Source: Macrostomum lignano (lineage: Eukaryota). Taken from it: 64,000 nt of DNA. The translations under genes and the position numbers were made by a program. This document shows, piece by piece, positions 49,986 through 58,959 of this stretch. Within the stretch, counting starts at the first letter, position 1. Each line of letters opens with the position of its first letter. The stretch lies in the NCBI GenBank assembly GCA_002269645.1, contig NIVC01002422.1:38583-102582 (forward strand). The letters run 5' to 3'. The notes beneath the pieces are model-generated. The model worked only from the letters and a program-made list of their open reading frames with translations. It did no database searches and was not told the origin of the DNA.

Positions 49986-50698
49986 TCTCCAAGTGATCTA
50001 TCTACCATGACCCACCGAGACCGAGCTAACTAAATGATGCATTCTAATGAATAAACAGTCCCGAAAATCAGCAGAGACAGTCCCGCTGCCCCATACAGCA
50101 GTCGGCTGTGTGGGGGCTGTTCCGGGTTCTTCAAAGTGCAGACAAATCAAAGCCTTTAATTTCTGGCTGACGTCCCGCCAGTCGCCACATCGCACAAGTT
50201 CATCATGCGAAGACGTACGCCCGGACAGCTCGGGCACTTCTGCCTTCCGGACCACCCAACCCAGCCTCTTGTTCAAAACTAGTACGAGCTAAGAAATAGA
50301 GAGGACGAGAGGCATAGAGAGAAAGTCGAGTGGTTCCCAGCCCACCAAACCTCGTGCGCTTAGTTAGCTCAGCGGCTTTTGTCAAAGAGACCGCAAATAA
50401 AGTTTGTGCGATAGAGAGAGAGAGGCTGCGAGAGACCAAAGGCGAAATATGAATTTTATCGGAAAATCGAAGCCGTCACAAAATCGCAACCGTTTTTTTC
50501 GGCCAGCTCTGAGGCTAAGGGCACCTCTCGGGGGAGGGCCAGTCCTGTCCTTTCAGTCTTCATACTGAAATGCTTTCACGCCCGACTCCCATCTTGCATA
50601 TCTCTGTTGGCTGGAACAGGACTCGGGAAGGAAGTCGGCCTCCCCCCTCTCTCTCTTTCTATGGCATTGATTTGTGAAGGCGCCAAAGTTGGGATTTC

Positions 50699-51435
50699 CT
50701 AGAAGTTCACGAGACGAGCTTCTACCCGTGTCCTTGAGGCTCTTCCATGAGTTGCTACCCGTGTCCTTGAGGCTCTTCCATGAGCTGCTACCCGTGTCCT
50801 TGAGGCTCTTCCATGAGCTGCTACCCGTGTCCTTGAGGCTCTTCCATGAGCTGCTACCCGTGTCCTTGAGGCTCTTCCATGATGTGCTACCTGTGTCCTT
50901 GAGGCTCTTCCATGATGTGCTACCTGTGTCCTTGAGGCTCTTCCATGATGTGCTACCTGTGTCCTTGAGGCTCTTCCATGAGCTGCTACCCGTGTCCTTG
51001 AGGCTTTGCCATGAGCTGCTACCCGTGTCCTTGAGGCTTTGCCATGAGCTGCTACCCGTGTCCTTGAGGCTTTGCCATGAGCTGCTACCGGTGTCCTTGA
51101 GGCTCTTCTATGAGCTGCTACCCGTGTCCTTGAGGTTCTTCCATGATGTGCTACCTGTGTCCTTGAGGCTCTTCCATGAGCTGCTACCCGTGTCCTTGAG
51201 GCTCTTCCATGAGCTGCTACCCGTGTCCTTGAGGCACTTCCATGAGCTGCTACCAGTGTCCTTGAGGCTCTTCCATGAGCTGCTACCCGTGTCCTTGAGG
51301 CTCTTCCATGAGCTGCTACCAGTGTCCTTGAGGCTCTTCCATGAGCTGCTACCCGTGTCCTTGAGGCTCTTTCATGAGCTGCTACCCGTGTCCTTGAGGC
51401 TCTTCAACGAGCTGCAATCCATGCTTAAGCTGTTA
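50699..51435 (-). mobile_element. 33-bp minisatellite family, copy 3, with both conserved termini (candidate mobile minisatellite)
   Basis: Shares one end with copy 1 and the other with copy 2; about 21 units. Confidence 0.7.
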
Positions 51436-52719
51436 GCTATATGTATTCAAGACTCTTTTTGATGCTTAAAATACGAGCTCTTTCCGCATTAAAAAACTGA
51501 TTTCGCACTTTTCTCTACCTGGAAAAGCAGACTTGCACCAAAGCAACTGAAAGCAATGGTCAATTAGATTTGAAGCAGAGCGGAGAAAGCAAAGTGACTG
51601 AAACGAGTTGAAGGAGGCTGATTTGCCTGGCCCGCTAATCATGCGTTAACGCTGCGCCTCATTGACCAGTCAGGCGGTGCTTCGTTTCCGCCCAACAACG
51701 GCCGGCCTCTCCGGCCTTCAAGAGCCTCGAAACCTTCCAGGAGGCTGGCAAAGAGAGCAGTTTGAAAGTTTTTGGAGTCCGAAAACCGCCTCCACTTCCT
51801 TTCGAACCGGCACTCTCTCACTCGCCGGTCGAAGCGAAACCCGAATTCCGCCTGCACAGAGCGGTGCCGAGTTTACTAAGGGGCTCGTTTGAATGCTCTC
51901 CGCGTTTGAGCTCGATTGCTTCCGTCCGTCCCCCCGTGACGGCAAGGCAAAAGAAGAAGACGAGAGTAGGAGGCTGGGATAAGCGAAACTCGGGGCCTGT
52001 GTTTGAGAGATGCGGCGAAAGAGGCTTGACAATTAGTGAACGCGCGCCTCTCTCTCGCCGTTGCGCCGCTATCTATCTTCCGAAAGTATCCACCAACAGT
52101 TTATTTTGGCTGGGATCTTCGTATCAGTTTCTGATCGCCTTGATTCTATTCATTTCCTTGAAAGGAATCGGACCAACAGGCCAGTGGAGGAGAACACCGA
52201 GTACATTTCAAGGTACTGAAAAAATTGATTAATATGGATCGAGTAAAAACAAACTATGTAATACTCACAGGCCTGGTGATGCTGCAGAGTGGCCGCCAGC
52301 AGCATCAGCATTAGCTGAGACGTCATTGATCAGTTCGCGCTGTTCTACCTTTCTGTAGAAGGATTTCCTATGGCTCTTCTGGATAGCAGACAGTCGCTTG
52401 TTTATATGCGCATGTTTGGTTGAGATGCCACCGAAGCCAAAGCTTCACTAGTAGATAAGCTAATACTGCCCGCCTGGCCTCAGTCTCGACAGCCAATGAG
52501 GTTGCTTTGTGCGCAGCGGCTGTTCCTATTGGCTTGGAGAATTTAATTGGATAGCATGACGGTAACATTTGCTTTCGGCAGTCGAGATGATTATTAAACC
52601 TCCTGCCACTGCATAGTAGTGCATTTGACCATAGACAATGAAGCCCAGGGGCGTCGCCATGGATTTTATGGTGGGGGACAAAGCATTGCATTACTTTGAG
52701 AATCTTTTTTGTTAGCACT

Positions 52720-53240
52720 CATTTTAGCGCCTCATGCACTCATTTTGGCGCCGCAGGCACTCATTTTGGTGCCACAGGTGCTATATTTTAGCGCCCTGAA
52801 ACAAAATTATTGACTTCCACAACGGGTCACAAGGTAGGGGGACAAAGCTTTGGCGTCACAGGCACTCATTTTAGCGCCACAGACACTCATTTTAGCGCCA
52901 CAGGCACTCATTTTGACGCCGCATGCACTCATTTTGGCGCCACAGGCACTCATTTTAGCACCGCAGGCACTCATTTTAGCGCCACAGGCACTCATTTTGG
53001 CGCCACATGCACTCATTTTAGCGCCGCAGGCACTCATTTTAGCGCCACAGGCACTCATTTTGACGCCGCATGCACTCATTTTTTCGCCTCAGGCACTCAT
53101 TTTGGCGCCGCAGGCACTCATTTTGGCGCCGCAGGCACTCATTTTAGCACCGCAGGCACTCATTTTAGCACCGCAGGCACTCATTTTAGCACCGCAGGCA
53201 CTCATTTTTTCGCCTCAGGCACTCATTTTGGCGTCATTTT
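52720..53240. repeat. 21-bp minisatellite internal to the hAT (GCAGGCACTCATTTTAGCGCC)
   Basis: Reverse complement of the array at 22560-22800. Confidence 0.93.
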
Positions 53241-53699
53241 GGTTTTGGGATCAGTTTGACTCTTCCATACATCGCAACTCGAGCCTGTCAGATATAGACA
53301 ATTTCAACTATCTCATATTTTGTGAGAGCGCTACGGAAAGAAAGAAATCAAAGTCAAGGACTTACGATTTCTTGACGCCAGCACCTCACGCCACGAACAA
53401 AATGTTCCTATGGCACCTATTGCAAAGCTTCGCATTATTCGGAAAATTTGAAAAATGGAGTTTCCGACCATTGAATACTGTTTGATTCGGTACTGTTTGA
53501 TTCGCCTTGCCCTCCTTGGTATTACATAATTGACATGCTGCGCCGCGATATTTACCACTGTAGTGATTATGCTCTCGAATTTTTTTACTATCTACAAATG
53601 GCCTTGAGCAGAGAAAACATTGTACTGCCGCTTTGTTATCAGTCTCTTCGTCATCACTTAATCTTGGATGTTTATATCTATCATATATCTATATATCTA

Positions 53700-54405
53700 T
53701 ATATCTATATATCTATTATATCTATTCTTTCCTATATCTATATCTTTCTCCAGCAATTCCTTTTTAATTTTTTCCTTCGCTGAATGACCAAGTCTACTCT
53801 CTTTGAGGATTTTATCAACGACTTCCGAATGGTTAACTAGTTTTCCCCCTTGCTTATTACCTTCAGGCACAAGAGAAGTATCTAACAATTTGTCTCTTTT
53901 CTCTCTATTCTGAATAAATGGCAGTAGCTGCTTGAACCTCTTCAAGAGTTATTCTGTAATCATCAACTGCTTTTTGGGAGTATATATACAATCTTTCTCT
54001 GTATTGATTTACCAGATCTCTGAGAACAATGTATTTTGCCTTCTGCTTTTGGCAATGCATTTTCACAGCTGCAAACAATGACACGGATTTTACAGCTTCA
54101 AAACCACTCATTGCCCCGATTAATACTCCAATGACTAAGGAATTCAATGTCAGTATCGATGTCGCTATGCCAATCCCTGTAGCAGCCAAGAGACTCACAT
54201 TTCCTGTCACAATGTTGATCCAATTTATCCTGCTACTTTGTCGTTTGTACTTGTTTACCTTTTTGCTATAAATTGTAAGATCTTTAGTAATTCATTCAAT
54301 ACTGCCTTTGATTTCACCCTTTCTCTGATTGAAATAGTCCCGTTCCCTCAAATCTGCTTCATGCAGCTCAACCACAGGATAGATGTGCTCATTTTCATCA
54401 TTCAT
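53700..54405 (-). pseudogene. Polinton/Maverick-like small hydrophobic ORF remnant
   Basis: MNDENEHIYPVVELHEADLRERDYFNQRKGEIKGSIE*ITKDLTIYSKKVNKYKRQ...VTGNVSLLAATGIGIATSILTLNSLVIGVLIG...KAVDDYRITLEEVQ. Internal TGA at 54292-54294 and a probable frameshift near 53910. Family assignment is from recalled resemblance, not a search. Confidence 0.6.
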
Positions 54406-54407
54406 TT

Positions 54408-54700
54408 TTATGTGGCAATTATGTCTAAAATCGGATAAAGTTGAAAGCCTGAAACAATAAGAACGGTTGATCCTTCAGTGGCTGAATTAATATGCACTCT
54501 ATAAACGGAGAATTTTTCGGTGGAATTCTACTGTTTTGGTTCCTTTCAATCCGAATTTCCAAATTTGAATAGACTCGGGAAGTTTTACTTCAATGTAAGA
54601 ATTGGGTTCATTCCTCGATGCCCATTCTGAATTAGATACTATATAACCCCAATTATCCGACGTTTCAAATGCTCCTGATGACGCTACATTGAAACCACCG
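54408..54700 (-). pseudogene. C-terminal remnant of a discoidin/galactose-binding-like ORF (Polinton-like)
   Basis: GFNVASSGAF...SEWASRNEPNSYIEVKLPESIQIWKFGLKG.../...IVSGFQLYPILDIIAT*; its stop lies 2 nt before the next ATG. Confidence 0.5.
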
Positions 54701-56261
54701 TGGAGTGCACCGATTCTTCTTCACCTTCTCTGCTTAAAGTGATTCAGATTTCAGAATTTTCTTTGTGGACCAAGCTCACTCGAGTGGTTGGTTGGGTCTT
54801 GAGATTTGTCAGCATCTTGCGCCATCGGATTGTTAAATAACCATCCTTGTTAACGGCTACGGAAGTATTCGAATATTACAGGCAGAACAGTCAGTGCTGC
54901 GAGCCGTGCGAATGAGTGCGACACTCATCCTGCGACAATGAGTGCAAATCATTGTCGAACGAAATTTCGTGCCTCAGCGGTTCTGGACCTCGCACGCCGT
55001 TAGTGCACGATCTCAAATTGTTCCTTGATCCTACTGGATTAGTTCGGTCAGCGGGTCGTCTGCAGGGCGCTGTGCCCTTCGACACCAACCATCCAGTGCT
55101 GATTCCCTCAAAGAACCCGCTCGAAACCTTGCTTGTCCGTCATTACCATGCGGATGTGATGCATTCCGGGTGGCGGCAACAATATGCAAGCTTCGTGAAC
55201 ATTTTTGGGTTTTAAAGGCGAGACAGTGTGTGAAGCAGTTATTGGCGGGGTGTGTTGTGTGCAAGAAGTTTCAAGGTCGACCGTTTTCCGTGCGTGCGGT
55301 TCCGCAGCTTCCATCCTTCCGTTTGTCAACTGTTCGTGCTTTTCGTACAGTAGAACTGGATTATGCTGCTCCGATATTCTATCGGACGGGGGAGGGTGGT
55401 GAAAGCAAAAAGGCGTACATCCTGCTCTTCACTTGCTCAGCAACTCGAGCCGTTCATCTGGAAGTTGTTTCGAGTATGGACAGCGAACAACTTCTGCATG
55501 CACTGCGTCGGTCCGTGGCTCGAAGGGGCATTCCCTCCATCGTCAGTGACAATGCACGGACATTTCGGTCAGGCGCCAAACTGATCGGCGCTAGTATCAC
55601 AGAAGAGCTGCAGTCGTTCTGTTCGTCGAATAAGATTTGTTGGCATTTTGTGCCCGAGGGAGCTTTTTGGTGGGGAGGTTACTGGGAAAGGCTGATTGGC
55701 ATCGTGAAGATGGCACTAAAAAGGCTGCAGGTCGACAGCTGTTTACCTACGACCAGTTGATCACTCTAACTGTGGAAGTCGAAGCTGTGGTAAACTGTCG
55801 GTCGCTGTTGTATGTAACCTTCGGATTCAGGCGACGGTATGAAGGTCATCACACCGTACCATTTCATTGCAGCTAGTCGTCTCAGCCAAGAACCGGAAGA
55901 TATCGACGGTGAGGCGGACTCCGTTCTACCGCTTCCGAAACGGCTTACAATGCTTAGAGCAACTCTGGATTGGTTTTGGAACCAATGGAAGACGTCCTAC
56001 TTGGAGTCTCAGCGCGAGAAAGCCCTAAAGGATCAACCTAACCGCAGCCCGCCAAATGTTGGTGAAGTGGTTCTTCCGGCAGGTGAAGCTCGACAACCAA
56101 GACTCAAGTGGAAATTGGGTATTGTCGAGGAAGTGCATCCTGGCCGTGATGGTGCGATCCGTTCGGTTCTTCTTCGCGTTGCGGGTGCTGGGAGTTCCCG
56201 GCACTGGGAACGGGTAAGGCGGCCAGTCCAGTCGTTGATTCCTTTAGAGCTTCAATCCTAA
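54691..56261 (+). pseudogene. BEL/Pao LTR-retrotransposon pol C-terminus (integrase zinc finger, rve core, DUF5641-like), frameshifted
   Basis: FSLWTKLTRVVGWVLRF; GRL...HPVLIP...HYHADVMHSG; LREHFWV...CVVCK; LDYAAP; FTCSATRAVHLE; RRGIPSIVSDNA; WWGGYWERLIGIVK; FWNQWKTSYL; WKLGIVEEVHPGRDGAIRSV; RPVQSLIPLE. Split over several frames. Confidence 0.93.
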
Positions 56262-56989
56262 GTCCGTTTTTTTTTACCTTTCCCATGACTTTCGAATTCG
56301 TTTGTTAACTTTTTTGACAGCCTCTCGCCAAAATTTGTAATGGGAAAGGTTTGTTTTTCTGTTTTGAGATAATCCTCTTGGTTATGGGCGATGTTACGCG
56401 TCATTATTCGTCATACTTCCATTTTAATTTTTCCCCTCATCGATCATGCTTACGCGCTTAAACTTGACCACCTCTTTCTCCGTTAGGCTAAAATAGTTTT
56501 TTCATTTTTCATTGTTACTTTGCAACAAGTTCGAACGTAATGTAATTACGTTGTAATGTATGTATGTATGTTTGGAACGCTTTTTCGAATTGAAAATCAA
56601 ATTATAAATCATTTGGGGGGAGCGTCAAAAAATCAGTTGGCCTAGACTAGCCGCCTGTTTCATCCAAAGTTATTTTCTCTATTTTCACTGTACGCAAAAT
56701 GTACTCAGAATATATCTCTCCGCCAACCCCCCCCAACCTTTTCCACCCATGTTTAAGCTAGAAAATATAAAAGCTGGATTCTGGGTTGCGACCTTGTTTT
56801 CTTTATGGCCAGACAAAATCAATTATCGGTTTGTTTTATAGGGATAAAACATTGGCATGTCCCCCATAGCTTTTACTCGGGGGGGGGGACATGTCCCCCT
56901 GCCCCTCCCCCCGGTGGCGACGCCCCTGATGAAGCCATCAAATTGATAAAAAGTCGAATTTCTAGAGATTTAAGGCTAGGGTTTAAAGT

Positions 56990-57065
56990 TATTCGTATAG
57001 GGTTAGGGTTAGGGTTAGGGTTAGAGTTAGAGTTACAGTTAGAGTTAGCGTTAAAGGGTTATGCT
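56990..57065. repeat. Short interstitial (TTAGGG)n-like tract
   Basis: GGTTAGGGTTAGGGTTAGGGTTAGAGTTAG... Confidence 0.8.
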
Positions 57066-57227
57066 TAGGGCTAGAATAAGAATAAAATCGTTGTACGAGC
57101 CAGCCTTTCGTGATAAACGATAACCTCTATTGTACGCGATCTTACTACCCATAGACATGCGTAGACAGTTTGCAACGTCGTTTGAGTTCTAGCTAGCTCG
57201 TACTTAAAATGCGACTCAATTCTTTGA

Positions 57228-58105
57228 CTGATGAGACAGCAGAGCCTTCTGTCTCATCGCCGCTTTGATGAGACAGCAGTGCCTCACTCATGAGACAGCA
57301 GAGCCTCACTGATGAGACAGCAGTGCCTCACTGATGAGACAGCAGTGCCTCACTCATGAGACAGCAGTGCCTCACTGATGAGACAGTAGTGCCTCACTCA
57401 TGAGACAGCAGTGCCTCACTGATGAGACAGCAGTGCCTCACTGATGAGACAGCAGTGCCTCACTGATGAGACAGCAGTGCCTCACTGATGAGACAGCAGT
57501 GCCTCACTGATGAGACAGCAGTGCCTCACTGATGAGACAGCAGTGCCTCACTGATGAGACAGCAGTGCCTCACTGATGAGACAGCAGTGCCTCACTGATG
57601 AGACAGCAGTGCCTCACTGATGAGACAGCAGTGCCTCACTGATGAGACAGCAGTGCCTCACTGATGAGACAGCAGTGCCTCACTGATGAGACAGCAGTGC
57701 CTCACTGATGAGACAGCAGTGCCTCACTGATGAGACAGCAGTGCCTCACTGATGAGACAGCAGTGCCTCACTCATGAGACAGCAGAGCCTCACTGATGAG
57801 ACAGCAGTGCCTCACTGATGAGACAGCAGTGCCTCACTGATGAGACAGCAGAGCCTCACTGATGAGACAGCAGTGCCTCACTGATGAGACAGCAGTGCCT
57901 CACTCATGAGACAGCAGTGCCTCACTGATGAGACAGCAGTGCCTCACTGATGAGACAGCAGTGCCTCACTGATGAGACAGCAGTGCCTCACTGATGAGAC
58001 AGCAGTGCCTCACTGATGAGACAGCAGTGCCTCACTGATGAGACAGCAAAGCCTCACTGATGAGACAGCAGTGCCTCACTGATGAGACAGCAGTGCCTCA
58101 CTGAT
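57228..58105. repeat. 22-bp minisatellite (CTGATGAGACAGCAGTGCCTCA), about 39 units
   Basis: Highly homogeneous tandem units. Confidence 0.97.
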
Positions 58106-58333
58106 TTTAAACGAACTGAATTTGTTTCTAGATTTTAGCAAAAACTAAAAGAGGCAAGAGGCTGCGGCTGGCTTGAGATGCCTCAAGAATCTCTCTATGG
58201 TAAAACAAATTACGGCTGAATTCAAACTCGAACTCAATCGCACTCACTACAGACAGAAGTTCAATCGCTTTTCTCTGCCTTCATCAATTCTTCTGCACGA
58301 GTATTAACCAGCATCCAGTACAACAAAGCAACC

Positions 58334-58549
58334 ATGAAGAACGTGGGCATCATCAAGACTCCCATGAAATCTGAGGAGTTCTTCATAATTGGCACCCTGG
58401 TGGTGCCTTTCGTGCTGTTTTTCCTGCAGATCTGCGTGCTGTGCACCAACCCGGTACGCCGGCTCATGTTCCCCAGCCTCTTCTGCACCCCATCCGAGCT
58501 GCTGCAGGACCGGCTGCGGCTTCGTCGGCAGCGCCGCTTTGATCAATGA
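58334..58549 (+). CDS. Putative 71-aa single-pass membrane microprotein, or terminal exon of an upstream gene
   Basis: GC3-rich codons like the host genes, GCAACCATG start context, hydrophobic FFIIGTLVVPFVLFFLQICVLC followed by a basic tail; no recognised family. Confidence 0.45.
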   Translation: MKNVGIIKTPMKSEEFFIIGTLVVPFVLFFLQICVLCTNPVRRLMFPSLFCTPSELLQDRLRLRRQRRFDQ

Positions 58550-58850
58550 TGGGGCTTTGATGGAATCTGGACTCAAATCGTGGGGCTTGGGTGTTGTTAC
58601 TACCCCATGAAAACCAGTACACCTGTTTGCATATTGTTAAAGTTTTCAAGCATTGGAATCATTATCCTTCTAAATACACTGACTGTGCTACTTTTAGTAG
58701 GACTACATGATGTATAATTCACGGAATGTTTGTCAAATATTTGTTTCACAGCTTAAATCGCGATAATTGCATATACGATTGAGCTCAAATTTCAACGTGT
58801 AGCCGATCAAACGAGATTAAGGTGGTGACTTTGAAAATTTTGGGTCTAAA

Positions 58851-58945
58851 CAGGGGTGGGCAAAATCCGGCTCGCAAAGTCTCTCTATCTGGCCCTCGGG
58901 TCCTTGGACACTTATCGAATGCCAATCCGGCCCGCTCAAGGTTTG
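58851..58945 (+). mobile_element. hAT-Charlie-like left end, partner end not seen
   Basis: CAGGGGTGGGCAAAATCCGGCTCGC...ATCCGGCCCG preceded by GGTCTAAA. Confidence 0.55.
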
Positions 58946-58959
58946 TCTCTTCTTAGTTA

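Larger units (their letters stand above)
52646..56928 (-). mobile_element. Non-autonomous hAT element (4283 bp) carrying Polinton-like and BEL/Pao cargo
   Basis: Perfect 14-bp TIR CAGGGGCGTCGCCA (52646-52659) / TGGCGACGCCCCTG (56915-56928). Perfect 8-bp TSD ATGAAGCC (52638-52645 and 56929-56936). No transposase. Confidence 0.92.

Noticed and set aside
49998-50439. THAP or zinc-ribbon transposase (ICLHFEE, KCPSC)
   Set aside because: Isolated short motifs in different frames without the rest of the domain or any TIR.
53697-54210. Two independent intact small genes, as listed in the ORF track
   Set aside because: Better explained as one disrupted ORF starting at 54405 with a premature stop and a frameshift.
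56600-56860. BEL 3' LTR after the GGGGGGGAG polypurine tract
   Set aside because: The next bases are CGTC rather than TGT, and there is no second LTR copy to confirm it.
57228-58105. Hammerhead ribozyme (CTGATGAG) or C/D-box snoRNA array
   Set aside because: No GAAA core segment or stem I/III pairing, and no guide region; only the CTGATGA heptamer matches.
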